NCBI GenBank assembly: GCA_943788985.1
Contig: CALSSJ010000021.1
Span: 64,001 to 128,000, forward strand
DNA length: 64,000 bases
From: an uncultured Lentisphaerales bacterium
Lineage (GTDB): Bacteria > Verrucomicrobiota > Lentisphaeria > JABSQK01 > UBA12247
Reading direction: 5' to 3'
Below the pieces are notes generated by a model. The model saw nothing but the letters and a program-made list of their open reading frames with translations, was not told where the DNA came from and ran no database searches. Below, piece by piece: positions 19,372 to 29,905 of the stretch. The translations under genes were made by a program, and so were the position numbers. Position 1 is the stretch's first letter. Every line of letters begins with the position of its first letter.

Positions 19372-22300
19372 CTAGCCCTGGATGACTGCGAAGTTCGCAA
19401 CGCTTGCCACCAGGTCGATCACCTGCTGAACCAGCAGCCGCCGATTCCGGCGCAAGTCCGCGTCCTCGGCATTCACCATCACACCGCTATCTACATCAAA
19501 GATGGTGTCGACGGCAGTGCGGAGGGTTCCAACGTGGGAGAGCGCGGCTACGTAATCCTGATTCCGCATGCTCGCAACGATGACTGGTTCGGCCGCGTTC
19601 AGCGCCGCGTACAACTCACGCTCGGCAGTTTGCTCCAGGAGTGCTTCCTGGATCTCGCCGGTCTCGCGCTCATTCTTAATGATGTTGTTGCAGCGCTTGA
19701 AGGTGGCAGCCACATCTGCGAAGTCCGCACGGGAGCGAAACGCGTCCATGGCTTCGAACCGGCGGACCAGATCGCTGAGATCGCCCCACGGCGTGCTTGC
19801 GTCCAACACGGCCTGGATGCTGTCCCGTGCGAATGGTCCAGGCATGTCTGGTCGATCCATTTCGCCGAACAAGCGTCCCGCCCGCTGGCGGAAAAACTCC
19901 AGAATCGCGTCCACAAGTGGGGCTTGGTCGACGCCTGCCAAGGTCTCACCGTAGGCCACGAAGGCCTGCGCGACCAAGGCCCGAAGCCGAAACCGGAAGC
20001 CACGCTGCACGACCAGCATGATGGAGGTCAGGCAGGCACGACGCAGGGCGTACGGATCCGCCGAGCTAGTCGGTGCTTTGCCAATCGCGAAGATGCCCAC
20101 CAGCGAGTCGATGCGGTCAGCAATCCCAACCAACGCGGCCTCATCCGAGGTCGGTAGATCACCATTCACACTCTTGGGGCTGTAATGATCCCGCAGGCCA
20201 TCTGCCACTGTGTTCGACAGGCCTTCAATCTGGGCATAGTAGCGACCAATGTCTCCCTGCAGATCTGGGAACTCGCCAACCATGTCAGTACAGAGATCGC
20301 TTTTGCACAGCTGCGCGATTTGGAGTGCCTGTTCGCGCGTTGCGGAGTCCGCACCAATCTCGTCGGCCATCCAGGCAGTGAGCGCACCGATGCGCCCAAC
20401 CTTGGCAGAAATCGAGCCGAGGTCGGCCTGAAAAATGGATTTTTCGAGGCGCTCGACGCGAGCTGCGAGGGTGATTTTGGTGTCTTCCTGTAGAAAGAAC
20501 CGAGCATCGGCGAAACGCGAGCCCAGGACTTTTTGGAAGCCGCTGCGAATCACGTCTTCGTCCTTGCAGCGCATGTTGGCCATGGCTACAAAAGCATTGG
20601 CTAGCTTGCCGTCACTGTCGCTCAGAGCGAAGTACTTCTGGTGAACCTTCATCTCAGAGACCAGGACCTTGTCCGGAATCTGGAGAAAATCCGCATCGAA
20701 CCGGCCGAGGATCGGGACGGGCTGTTCCACCAAGTAGGTTACTTCATGCAAAAGACCTTCGTCTTCGCGCCAAGTCAGGCCAGCAGCCTTCGCGGTGTCG
20801 TGGAGTAAGGTGCGGATGCGCTCACGGCGTTCTTCGTGATCGGCCAGCACATCGGCTCTGCGCAACGCTTCTAGATAGCCATCGGCATCGGTCGGCACTG
20901 CGACATCACCGGGATGCAGGAAGCGATGTCCACGCGAGACCAGGCCGGTCTGAATGCCACCAAAGCTGAATGGCACGACGGCGCCACCCAAGCTGGCGAG
21001 CAGCCATTTCACAGGCCGCACAAACGCAGTCTCACCATCGCCCCAACGCATCACGTTGTACCAATGCAGGTCACTGAGCAAGGCGGGCAACGCCTCAGAG
21101 AGCACTTCCAGAGCGGAACGGCCCTTTTGCTCACGGCGCGCAAACAAGTAGGCCTCGCCTTTAATCTCCTTGGTGGAAATATCATCGAGCTCGATCCCGG
21201 CCTTCTTGGCGAAGCCCATGGCGGCCTTGGTCCACTTTCCGTCGGCATCCTTGGCGATGCGCAGCGGTGGGCCTTTGATCTCTTCTGCAATGTCTGGCTG
21301 TTGCGTCAGCATCCCATCAAACGCCAGCGTGAAGCGCCGTGGTGTGGTAAATAAACGCAGCTCACCAGGCTCTAGCTTGCTGTCCGCCAGATGCTTCTTG
21401 GCCAGGCGGGGAAGTTGCTCAAGCAGCGAGGAAAAAACGCGTGACGGCATCTCTTCGACACCGACTTCAAACAGCAGCGGTTCGCGCTCGCCCAGCGACA
21501 CAGGCGCAGCCTTTACCTGGACAGGTTTTGCGGACTCCGCACCCGGAATGCGCTTCAGCAGTGGATGGCCCAGCGCTTCGCGATTCTTGAGAAAGGCTTC
21601 TGAGATCATCCGCGCTAGATTGCGGACGCGCAGGATGTAGCCCTGGCGTTCGCTGACGGAGATCGCGCCGCGGGCATCGAGCAGGTTGAACGCGTGGCTG
21701 GCCTTCAGGCAATAGTCGAGCGCGGGCAGCGGCAGGACGCGTTCGCAGAGGCGTTCGCACTCCTGCTCAAATTCGCTGAATGCCTGAAGTTGGGACTCGA
21801 TGCGCACGACTTCGAAGTTATGCGCCGAGAACTGCACTTCGTTCTCGTGGAAAATGTCGCCATAGGTGAACTGCTTATTGTACTGCAGGTCGAAGACGTT
21901 ATCTACGCCCTGAATAAACATGCAGATGCGCTCGAGCCCGTAGGTAATCTCGCCCAGGACCGGGCGCAGCTCAAAGCCGCCAACCTGCTGAAAATAGGTA
22001 AATTGCGTCACTTCCATGCCGTCAGCCCAGACTTCCCAGCCTAGCCCCCAGGCCCCAAGCGTGGGCGACTGCCAGTCATCGTGGACCAGACGCAGGTCAT
22101 GATCCTCCGGGTGGACGCCGATCGCGGCCAGCGAGCCAAAATAGCGCTCGACCAAATCCTCGGGATTCGGCTTCATCGCGACCTGAAATTGGTAGTAGTG
22201 CTGCATCCGGATCGGATTATCGCCGTAGCGGCCGTCAGCGGGTCTGCGGCAAGGCTCGACATAGGCGGAGTGAAACGGCTCGGGGCCGAGCGAGCGCAAG

Positions 22301-22416
22301 AAGGTACAGGGATTGAAGGTACCGGCGCCGGTTTCGATATCATAGGGCTGCGTGAGCAGGCAGCCTTGATCGTTCCAATAGCTCTGTAGCGCGAGAATCA
22401 GATCCTGAAAATACAT
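19372..22416 (-). CDS. glyQS: Glycine--tRNA ligase, fused alpha+beta subunits (~1014 aa)
   Basis: Alpha motifs ([46 protein letters not shown]) run in frame into beta motifs ([47 protein letters not shown]). Confidence 0.95.
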   Translation of the reverse strand: MYFQDLILALQSYWNDQGCLLTQPYDIETGAGTFNPCTFLRSLGPEPFHSAYVEPCRRPADGRYGDNPIRMQHYYQFQVAMKPNPEDLVERYFGSLAAIGVHPEDHDLRLVHDDWQSPTLGAWGLGWEVWADGMEVTQFTYFQQVGGFELRPVLGEITYGLERICMFIQGVDNVFDLQYNKQFTYGDIFHENEVQFSAHNFEVVRIESQLQAFSEFEQECERLCERVLPLPALDYCLKASHAFNLLDARGAISVSERQGYILRVRNLARMISEAFLKNREALGHPLLKRIPGAESAKPVQVKAAPVSLGEREPLLFEVGVEEMPSRVFSSLLEQLPRLAKKHLADSKLEPGELRLFTTPRRFTLAFDGMLTQQPDIAEEIKGPPLRIAKDADGKWTKAAMGFAKKAGIELDDISTKEIKGEAYLFARREQKGRSALEVLSEALPALLSDLHWYNVMRWGDGETAFVRPVKWLLASLGGAVVPFSFGGIQTGLVSRGHRFLHPGDVAVPTDADGYLEALRRADVLADHEERRERIRTLLHDTAKAAGLTWREDEGLLHEVTYLVEQPVPILGRFDADFLQIPDKVLVSEMKVHQKYFALSDSDGKLANAFVAMANMRCKDEDVIRSGFQKVLGSRFADARFFLQEDTKITLAARVERLEKSIFQADLGSISAKVGRIGALTAWMADEIGADSATREQALQIAQLCKSDLCTDMVGEFPDLQGDIGRYYAQIEGLSNTVADGLRDHYSPKSVNGDLPTSDEAALVGIADRIDSLVGIFAIGKAPTSSADPYALRRACLTSIMLVVQRGFRFRLRALVAQAFVAYGETLAGVDQAPLVDAILEFFRQRAGRLFGEMDRPDMPGPFARDSIQAVLDASTPWGDLSDLVRRFEAMDAFRSRADFADVAATFKRCNNIIKNERETGEIQEALLEQTAERELYAALNAAEPVIVASMRNQDYVAALSHVGTLRTAVDTIFDVDSGVMVNAEDADLRRNRRLLVQQVIDLVASVANFAVIQG

Positions 22417-22626
22417 GGTAGATATTCCTATTGATGCGCCGCACCAGCAGCAACCCAAAAAGCTAAAACCATACAGCCAAGCGAAGTCCTTGCCTACGCA
22501 ACTGATGTTCAACACGCCAAGGAGCCGACCTACAAAACAGCAATCGCAGTTCGGTTTCCCGTAGGACGCGTCTCCGTGCGCGTCACTCTACCGACTCCGT
22601 CGTCCTGAGGCTACAGCCTGCACGCC

Positions 22627-23700
22627 CTATGGGCGCAGCTTGCCCAGAATCGCCGCGCGTAGCACATCGCTCAGGCACTTCGCCTCTTCCGGCGTCAACT
22701 GCTCGCCAAATTCCGAGATCTCCTCGCCGATCATCACGACTGGCGTCATGCCCGAGCCATTGGCCCGAAGCGAGATTAACTCGCGGAGCACGCGCGTATT
22801 TTCCTCTACCCGGCGCTCCGGCCCGAAGGGTGGCTTCCAAGTCACCGTGACCAGCCCGCGCCCGGCGCGAATCTCGGTCCGGCTGAGTGAACGAAAGGCG
22901 ACCGCCCGCGCATGCGGGTCGATGTAAAGCACCGCCGGCGTCAACAACCCGAGCGCAAAGGCTCCCATGACCAAGGGCGCCCATTCCAGCGCCACAAACG
23001 GGGCCAGTACGCCAAACACGAAGGCCACAACCAGCGGAAGCAGAATAACCACCTGTGCGAGCCGCGGCCGCGCACCGATCGAGACTTCGGCATGCCCCTT
23101 GACTACCTTTACGGAGAATCCGTAGGTATCCTTCATTTTAGGAGAAGGCGCGGGTTCTTTGCCCTGCTGCAGCCGCGACGCCAGCGTCTCCAACAGCTCC
23201 TTGGGCCGGCGCAATTGGGTGCTCTCCGCCGCTGCGTCATGCAGCTCGCATTCAAAAAATGCAGCCAAGCCCTCTGCCAGCCGCCGGGCTTCGGGATACT
23301 CGTACAAGGTTCCGAGCCGATGCTCCACGCCCTCCCCTTCCAACTTAATCGGGTAGCCGCCGTCCCGCGCTTCAATCCACACCCGGCTCGGTTCTCCCAG
23401 TGGGCAACGCTGACGAAACAACGGAAACGGGAATCCTAGCGACTGCTCCATCTCCCCAGCTCCTCGGTCCAACTGCACACCTAACCGAAACAAAAGGACT
23501 AATACTCCCAGTCCCCCGCAGGCGGCCCCGCCTAGGACCAGCAGCGCTGCCTGAAAGCCCGATGGCTTACCCATCGCCAACACAACGACAGCACCGAAAG
23601 CTAGAGCAATGAGAATCGTGCCGCCAAATCGCCGGACCCGATGCAACGGGTCCACGCGAAACCGCACCCGCTCCTGCTCAATTTCCACTGACACCGCCAT
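22627..23700 (-). CDS. Hypothetical membrane protein (two TM-pair plus soluble modules)
   Basis: 357-aa ORF starting 1 nt after the trmL stop; two hydrophobic hairpins. Confidence 0.7.
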   Translation of the reverse strand: MAVSVEIEQERVRFRVDPLHRVRRFGGTILIALAFGAVVVLAMGKPSGFQAALLVLGGAACGGLGVLVLLFRLGVQLDRGAGEMEQSLGFPFPLFRQRCPLGEPSRVWIEARDGGYPIKLEGEGVEHRLGTLYEYPEARRLAEGLAAFFECELHDAAAESTQLRRPKELLETLASRLQQGKEPAPSPKMKDTYGFSVKVVKGHAEVSIGARPRLAQVVILLPLVVAFVFGVLAPFVALEWAPLVMGAFALGLLTPAVLYIDPHARAVAFRSLSRTEIRAGRGLVTVTWKPPFGPERRVEENTRVLRELISLRANGSGMTPVVMIGEEISEFGEQLTPEEAKCLSDVLRAAILGKLRP

Positions 23701-23701
23701 T

Positions 23702-24169
23702 TCAGGCGATTCCTGCTACAGAAAACTGCCGATACGCCTCGTACATCACGATGGATACCGCGTTTGCCAGGTTGTGGCTGCGCGCATGCGCGCCAGGCAT
23801 CGGTATCGCATACAACTGATTCTCGTACGCCTCGTAGAAAGACTCCGGCAGCCCGCTTCCTTCATTGCCAAACACCACCGTGTCTCCCGGCTTAAATTCC
23901 CAGTCGAAATAGCTGCGCGTCGTCTTGGTCGACGAAAACATCAACCGAGCCGGCTCCACGTCAGCCAGAAACGCCTCCCAGCTGGGATGCACTTTCCAAG
24001 AGAGATGCTGCCAGTAATCCAGGCCAGCACGCCGAATCCGCTGCTCGGTCAGCTCAAAGCCAAGCGGTTCAATCAGGTGTAATCTCACATCCAGGCACAC
24101 ACACAGCCTGCCGATCGTTCCCGTATTTTGCGGGATCTCCGGCGCTACCAGTACAACATCAAGATCCAT
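23702..24169 (-). CDS. trmL: tRNA (cytidine/uridine(34)-2'-O)-methyltransferase, SPOUT family
   Basis: PEIPQNTG.IGR.C, LHLIEPLGF, RRAGLDYW, FGNEGSGLP, IPM, RSHNLANAV. Confidence 0.95.
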   Translation of the reverse strand: MDLDVVLVAPEIPQNTGTIGRLCVCLDVRLHLIEPLGFELTEQRIRRAGLDYWQHLSWKVHPSWEAFLADVEPARLMFSSTKTTRSYFDWEFKPGDTVVFGNEGSGLPESFYEAYENQLYAIPMPGAHARSHNLANAVSIVMYEAYRQFSVAGIA

Positions 24170-24240
24170 CAGTCACTGCATTCGAATCGGAAAACACTAC
24201 CTTTTCCCTCATCATCTCTAAATCACCCCGGGACCATTCC

Positions 24241-25416
24241 ATAGAATCCGCAACCCTACCCCTCGATCAGGCGGAAACAAGCCCCGACTCGTTTCGTGCT
24301 GCCTGCTTTCCCGACGCCACCGCCGAGCAGTGGGACGATTGGCGCTGGCAGATGCGCAATCGGCTCCGCACTCATGCGGAGTTCGCACCTATCTTCACCC
24401 TCACGGACGATGAGACAGCAGCGTTGCGGAGTCCGCAACGCACGTTCAGCACCGGCATCACCCCGTACTACGCCTCCTTGCTCGACCGCGACAATCCAGA
24501 TTGCGCACTCCGCAAGACCATGATTCCGACGATGGCCGAGACGGTCATTGATCCGCATGACATGGTCGATCCGCTAGCGGAAGACGAGCACGCACCCGTA
24601 CCAGGCATTGTGCATCGCTATCCGGACCGGGTCTTGTTTCTGGCCAACGACGTTTGCCCGGTCTATTGCCGCTACTGCACGCGATCACGGATCGTTGGCG
24701 GAAACGCGCCGTTTAGCGTCGCCCGGGCGCGGTGGCAAAAGGGGATCGACTACATCGCTGGCAACCCAGCGATTCATGACGTGCTCATCTCGGGAGGCGA
24801 TCCACTCATTCTCAGCGACGATCGCCTCGAGTGGCTGATCTCGCGCTTGCACAAGATTCCGCATTTGGACTTCATCCGCCTCGGGACCAAAGTCCCTGTG
24901 GTCTTGCCCCAGCGCATCACCCCTGCCCTCACCCAGATGCTGGCGAAGTACCATCCCTTCTACCTCAGCGTGCACGTCACGCATCCGAGGGAGCTTACTG
25001 CCGAGTCCGCACGCGCCTGCGCCGCGCTGGCCGACGCTGGCATTCCGCTGGCCAGCCAGACCGTGCTGCTGCGTGGGATCAACGATAACGTGGAGACCAT
25101 GCGCGAGTTAATGCGCGGGCTGCTGCGGGTTCGGATCCGGCCGTACTACCTGTTGCAATGCGACCCGATTACCGGCTCGAGTCATCTGCGCACTTCGCTG
25201 CGGAGCGGGCTGGATATCATTCGCGGACTGCGTGGCCATGTCAGTGGCTACGCGATTCCTCACTACATTGTCGATCTTCCAGGCGGTGGCGGCAAAATCG
25301 CGCTGACGCCGGAGCATATCAATGGCTACGAAGATGGTGCCTGGCTAGCCACCAACTCACATGGGGTCTCCGGTTTTCGCTATCCAGACCCGGAAGGCCT
25401 GCCGCTTTACCCGTAA
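24241..25416 (+). CDS. kamA: KamA-family radical SAM enzyme (lysine 2,3-aminomutase-like); start uncertain, first ATG at 24352
   Basis: WDDWRWQ, ITPYY, DPL.ED, HRYPDRVL, CPVYCRYCTR, SGGDPL, QTVLLRGIND, PYYL.QCD, D.PGGGGK. Confidence 0.85.
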   Translation: MESATLPLDQAETSPDSFRAACFPDATAEQWDDWRWQMRNRLRTHAEFAPIFTLTDDETAALRSPQRTFSTGITPYYASLLDRDNPDCALRKTMIPTMAETVIDPHDMVDPLAEDEHAPVPGIVHRYPDRVLFLANDVCPVYCRYCTRSRIVGGNAPFSVARARWQKGIDYIAGNPAIHDVLISGGDPLILSDDRLEWLISRLHKIPHLDFIRLGTKVPVVLPQRITPALTQMLAKYHPFYLSVHVTHPRELTAESARACAALADAGIPLASQTVLLRGINDNVETMRELMRGLLRVRIRPYYLLQCDPITGSSHLRTSLRSGLDIIRGLRGHVSGYAIPHYIVDLPGGGGKIALTPEHINGYEDGAWLATNSHGVSGFRYPDPEGLPLYP

Positions 25417-25550
25417 TTGCTGCGCAAGGGTTCTACGCGCTCCGTGCACGCGTAGGCTGTGTACGGGGACGAGCAGGAACATCCATCCGGCTCAAGCAAA
25501 ATGACCCGCGAGCGGGGGCTTCCAGCGTACGTTGGCACGCAAATTAAAAC

Positions 25551-25628
25551 TGGGGTGAGTGACGAGATTTGAACCCGCGACCTCCTGGGCCACAACCAGG
25601 CGCTCTAACCAACTGAGCTACACCCACC
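25551..25628 (-). tRNA. tRNA-His(GUG) with G-1 and encoded CCA
   Basis: GGTGGGTGTAGCTCAGTTGGTTAGAGCGCCTGGTTGTGGCCCAGGAGGTCGCGGGTTCAAATCTCGTCACTCACCCCA. Confidence 0.97.
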
Positions 25629-25647
25629 AGCTAGGGAAGCAGCGCGG

Positions 25648-25675
25648 AACCTAATCGGGAATTGGCACTTTGCAA
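25648..25675 (-). promoter_or_regulatory. Candidate sigma70 promoter of tRNA-His
   Basis: TTGCAA-N16-TAGGTT about 20 nt upstream of the tRNA. Confidence 0.45.
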
Positions 25676-26137
25676 AGGCCGATACTCGAATTTTTCTCTG
25701 GTTTTGCCTGCGATGAATTCGATCGAGCTCAATACTGGGCCAGCATTGAGGGAAACCCAAGTAAAAAGGACAGCCCCCTGTCCGCGAGGAAGGATCTCTT
25801 GGGGGCGAGCGCTCGTAGGCACGGGATAGTGGTCATTCCGATTATCCGACAGTCGGTCCGATCAGACTGATCAGTCCGGTAGATTCTCCCTCTCTTCATG
25901 CGCCAGGCAGGTCAATGAAAGCCGGGACACAAGCTTTGTACTGGCCCTAGGCCAAGCTCAGAGAATACCGCTTCTGTTTGAGCTGATCCAAGATCATCAT
26001 GGCCCCGGAGCAGTGACCACAGCGCCGGCAGTCGCTGGGGAAAGAGAAGGGCAGAGAGATAGGCACGAGTTTTGATTTTTCTGTCTCCCATCTTCCTGCC
26101 CATTCTTAAGTCTCATTCCATCTTCCGCAGAACAGGG

Positions 26138-26995
26138 CTACGGCATGCTCCGTCGGACTTCGGCGGGATCAATCCCACGGGCGCGCGCTTTGCTCTCAAA
26201 GCTGGGGTCGGCCATGTCGAGCGGAAAGGTGATCTGGCAGACGGACGAGTGGCTGATCAGACTGGTCCCGCATGGAGTCTTGACCAAAAAGTCCTGCTGC
26301 CCAATCCCGATGCCGGTTGCCTCGAGGTCTGCGACCGACTCATCTTCCACATGCGCGAAGTAGCCGGTCGTCGTGCCTGAACGATGATAGTCGTCTCCGC
26401 ATTGCCAGGTGAGGCCGTAGAGGGCGGGCGCATAGACGGTTTTCTCGCTGCCGTTGTCATAGAACAACTGGGTCGGGCGCAAGGCTGCGGACTGCGCAAA
26501 AAGCATGCCGGCTAGTTTGGCAAACCCAATAAAGCGCAACGCGGTGGGCATGCTCTCTTTGTCCGCGTCAAACACCGCCAAGGCCCCAAGATGCGTGAGG
26601 GAGCCGTTGCAGAATACACCCTCAATATCCGGCTGAATGGAGGTTTTTCCTTCGCTCAACTGCCCTTGCCAAACAAGAGCGGCTCGCGGCCGATAGGGGC
26701 TCTCAGGCGCAAGTAAATGGCGCAAGTTGGTCAGTAACAACTCGCCGGGGGCTGGATGCTGTTCCTGCGCGGCTCGCGCCATGCACAGCAGATGATGGAA
26801 GCGCAGGCGCTCGGGCCAGTCCAGTTCCCCCGCCCGTTCGGCGAGTTTGGCCTGTTCATCCGGGTCGTGAGTCCAGTAGGAAATCTGTAGGTCAACGGCC
26901 CGTTTGAACAAGGGCGAGCCTTCAACTGGACGGACGGCCGCAGCAGCTTCCTCCGGCCTAAGCTGCCTCCGGAACAGTCGATCGATGATACCCAT
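26138..26995 (-). CDS. Hypothetical protein with an ImpE/TagJ-like C-terminal domain
   Basis: LRPTQL...G....YAPALY...DD..RSG.TT....GIGIGQQDFLV...V.QITF pattern. Confidence 0.55.
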   Translation of the reverse strand: MGIIDRLFRRQLRPEEAAAAVRPVEGSPLFKRAVDLQISYWTHDPDEQAKLAERAGELDWPERLRFHHLLCMARAAQEQHPAPGELLLTNLRHLLAPESPYRPRAALVWQGQLSEGKTSIQPDIEGVFCNGSLTHLGALAVFDADKESMPTALRFIGFAKLAGMLFAQSAALRPTQLFYDNGSEKTVYAPALYGLTWQCGDDYHRSGTTTGYFAHVEDESVADLEATGIGIGQQDFLVKTPCGTSLISHSSVCQITFPLDMADPSFESKARARGIDPAEVRRSMP

Positions 26996-27038
26996 GGCGA
27001 TCGGTCTCGCGTGTAAGTATAAGAGGGACGCAACTGCT

Positions 27039-27084
27039 GAAAAAATAATCCGTCAGACCGATCGGGTGGATCGATCTGACGGAT
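27039..27084 (-). terminator. Rho-independent terminator after pilC
   Basis: ATCCGTCAGA...TCTGACGGAT stem followed by TATTTTTT on the minus strand. Confidence 0.7.
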
Positions 27085-27110
27085 CTTCGCGTCGGGGCGA
27101 GCTCCTTGGC

Positions 27111-28382
27111 TCAGCCGCCGAGTGCGTCAATCAGTTTGATCAGCGGCATAAACAGCGCGATCACAATACCACCGACAACGACAGCGAGGAAGATAATCAT
27201 GACCGGCTCGATCAAGCTGGTCAATCCTTCCACGGCATTGTCGACTTCTTCTTCATACGTGATGGCGATACGAGCCAACATTTCTGGAAGCGCACCGGTT
27301 TCCTCGCCCACTTCGATCATGGACACCACCATGCCGGGAAAGACACCCGTGGACTCCAGAGGCTTACTCATGCCCTCGCCTTCTTTTACAGCATCATGCA
27401 CAACCTGCACGGCCTCCGCCACCATCGAGTTGCTGGCCGTATCGCGCACGATCTGTAACGCATTCAGGACTGAAACACCCGAACTCATCAGCGTGCCGAG
27501 CGTAGAACAGAACCTGGCGACCGCCACCTTTGTGACCAAACCGCCAAAGGGCGGCGTTTTGATCAAAATCATGTCAATGAGCCGACCGCCTTGCTTGGTC
27601 TTCTTCACCACTTTAAAGACGAAGACAAATACGATTAGCCCGATTATACCAAGGATCGATCGTTCTTTGAGGAAGTCACTGATCGAGATCACAAACTCGG
27701 TCAGCTGTGGCAGAGGCTCACCTGCGAGCATCTCGGAGAAGATCAGCTTGAATTTCGGGACGATGAACACCATCAAACCCACCGTAATACCACCGGCGAT
27801 GACCAAAACGGCCAGCGGGTAAACCAAGGCGGCCTTTACTTTTGCCTTCAGTTTTGCGGATTTTTCCATAAATCCTGCCAGTCGGTTCAGTACCGTTTCC
27901 ATGGCACCGGACGCCTCACCAGCGCGCACCATGTTGGTATACAGCCGATTGAATGACTTGGGATGCGCCGACAGCGCCTCGGAAAAGGTTTGACCGCCTT
28001 CCACAGCGTCGGCGACCTCACCGACGATATTTGCCACGATCATGTCCGTGGACTGGCGCTCCAAGGTCCGCAGTCCACGCACGAGTGGCAGACCGGCGTC
28101 GAGCAGTGTGGCCAGCTGGCGAGTAAAGGCGCAGAGGCCTTTCTGGGGGATGACCGCCGTACCGATCGTGATGGAACCCAAACCACCACCCTTCTTGCCT
28201 TTGCGGCCCTTGCTGCCTTTTTTGGCTTTCTTTCCGCCCCCATCTTTGGCTTCGGAGATGCTGGTTGGGAACAGCCCCTTGTCCTTCAGGCTTTTGATTG
28301 CGTCAGCTTCGGTCTCGGCCTGCAGCTGACCTTCCTTCTCCTTGCCTTGGCCATCCATGGCCACATAATTGAACTTAGCCAT
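27111..28382 (-). CDS. pilC: Type IV pilus/type II secretion platform protein (PilC/GspF)
   Basis: F.Y.A.D..G, FTRQLATLLDAGLPL, YTNMVRAGEASG, YP, VPKF, EETGAL.EML, LIEP..I. Confidence 0.92.
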   Translation of the reverse strand: MAKFNYVAMDGQGKEKEGQLQAETEADAIKSLKDKGLFPTSISEAKDGGGKKAKKGSKGRKGKKGGGLGSITIGTAVIPQKGLCAFTRQLATLLDAGLPLVRGLRTLERQSTDMIVANIVGEVADAVEGGQTFSEALSAHPKSFNRLYTNMVRAGEASGAMETVLNRLAGFMEKSAKLKAKVKAALVYPLAVLVIAGGITVGLMVFIVPKFKLIFSEMLAGEPLPQLTEFVISISDFLKERSILGIIGLIVFVFVFKVVKKTKQGGRLIDMILIKTPPFGGLVTKVAVARFCSTLGTLMSSGVSVLNALQIVRDTASNSMVAEAVQVVHDAVKEGEGMSKPLESTGVFPGMVVSMIEVGEETGALPEMLARIAITYEEEVDNAVEGLTSLIEPVMIIFLAVVVGGIVIALFMPLIKLIDALGG

Positions 28383-28548
28383 CTCTATCTCCGTAGTTCG
28401 TGCGCCAATTCCGTGTTACCATAATGCCGATGAGCGTTGCAGCAACAGGGTCTGGTGTGAAGACGATCGAAATCACGAATACGCACGGTAAATCGTCGAA
28501 GATTCAGGTGCCCCGCGACAGCTGGCCGCAAGAGCCTATATTTCGCGG

Positions 28549-29862
28549 ATGCAAATTAATTCTTCTTCTTCTAATGAAGCTGGTGACTCGCCAGTACTTT
28601 TTGACGACCTCAAGCTCTGCCAACCAATTCATGACGCACTGCATACAGTCGGCTATACAACCCCAACTCCAATTCAGGCTCAGGCAATTCCTTATGTTCT
28701 GGAGGGCCGTGACCTACTCGGAATCGCCCAAACCGGAACCGGTAAAACTGCGGCCTTTTCGCTACCGATCATAGACCGGCTGACGCGCGAGCCACGCCGT
28801 AGCCGCCCCGGCCATCCACGGGCACTCATCCTTACGCCCACTCGTGAATTAGCAGCGCAGATTCTGGAAAACCTGGAAGAGTACGGCTGCAACACCGAGC
28901 TGCGCTATGCGGTCATCTTTGGCGGCGTGAGTGAGAGACCACAGATTGCCAAAATGCAGGCAGGCGTTGATATCTTGGTGGCGACTCCAGGGCGCCTGAT
29001 GGATCTGATGGGCCAAAGGCATATCAAACTCGACCGGCTGGAAGTCTTTGTACTGGACGAGGCGGATCGGATGCTGGATATGGGCTTTATTCACGATATG
29101 CGCAAGGTGATCGCGGTTCTGCCGAAGGAGCGGCAAACGCTGTTCTTCTCGGCCACGATGCCACAGGCGATTTCACAGCTTGCAAGCTCATTGCTGATGG
29201 ATCCGGCCAGAGTTGAGATCACCCCCCCGGCGACCACGGTAGAGCGGATTGACCAATCCCTGATGTATGTCGAGAAGACCGCAAAGAATGATCTGCTCGT
29301 CCATCTCCTAGAAACCTCCGCCTCAGGCAAGACCCTTGTCTTCGGCCGCACCAAACACGGGTGCGACAAGATCGTCCGTGCGCTCTCGCGCGCCGGGATT
29401 AAGTCCGCGGCCATTCACGGAAACAAGAGCCAGAACGCGAGAGTGCGAGCCCTACGAGATTTTCGCGACGACTCGCTGATGGTGCTTGTCGCTACCGATA
29501 TCGCGGCACGTGGTATCGATGTAGACGGGATCCAGACGGTGATCAACTACGACCTGCCGAACGAGCCTGAGAGCTATGTCCACCGCATCGGGCGGACCGC
29601 CCGCGCCGGGCGTGACGGCCAGGCCATCGCGCTCTGCGATGCATCAGAGCAGAAATTCCTTCGAGATATCCAGCGCGTGATCGGGATGAAAATTCGGTGC
29701 AATCGTGACCACGAGTGGGATGTCGATCACGATCCGAACGCACCGCAGCACAAGCAAGGCGGCGGTGGCGGCGGCCGTGGCGGTGGTGGCGGCGGCCGTG
29801 GGCGCGGACGCCCGCACCCGAGCACCCACAATCGCAACCGGCCCTCGCGACACCGGCGCTGA
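28549..29862 (+). CDS. DEAD-box RNA helicase (RhlE-like)
   Basis: GYTTPTPIQ, AQTGTGKT, PTRELA, TPGRL, DEAD, SAT, ARGID, HRIGRTARAG; Gly/Arg-rich tail. Confidence 0.96.
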   Translation: MQINSSSSNEAGDSPVLFDDLKLCQPIHDALHTVGYTTPTPIQAQAIPYVLEGRDLLGIAQTGTGKTAAFSLPIIDRLTREPRRSRPGHPRALILTPTRELAAQILENLEEYGCNTELRYAVIFGGVSERPQIAKMQAGVDILVATPGRLMDLMGQRHIKLDRLEVFVLDEADRMLDMGFIHDMRKVIAVLPKERQTLFFSATMPQAISQLASSLLMDPARVEITPPATTVERIDQSLMYVEKTAKNDLLVHLLETSASGKTLVFGRTKHGCDKIVRALSRAGIKSAAIHGNKSQNARVRALRDFRDDSLMVLVATDIAARGIDVDGIQTVINYDLPNEPESYVHRIGRTARAGRDGQAIALCDASEQKFLRDIQRVIGMKIRCNRDHEWDVDHDPNAPQHKQGGGGGGRGGGGGGRGRGRPHPSTHNRNRPSRHRR

Positions 29863-29872
29863 TCAGATTGCA

Positions 29873-29895
29873 GGGCCGGGCGTAACGCCCGGCCC
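29873..29895. terminator. GC-rich hairpin between convergent genes
   Basis: GGGCCGGGCG-TAA-CGCCCGGCCC perfect 10-bp stem; no U-tract. Confidence 0.5.
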
Positions 29896-29905
29896 AAGCG
29901 ATCAT

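Noticed and set aside
18100..20157. Long plus-strand ORFs (360 aa, 306 aa)
   Set aside because: Antisense to the FGE and glyQS genes; typical high-GC shadow frames
22417..22626. T-box leader upstream of glyQS
   Set aside because: No T-box consensus or terminator/antiterminator recognised
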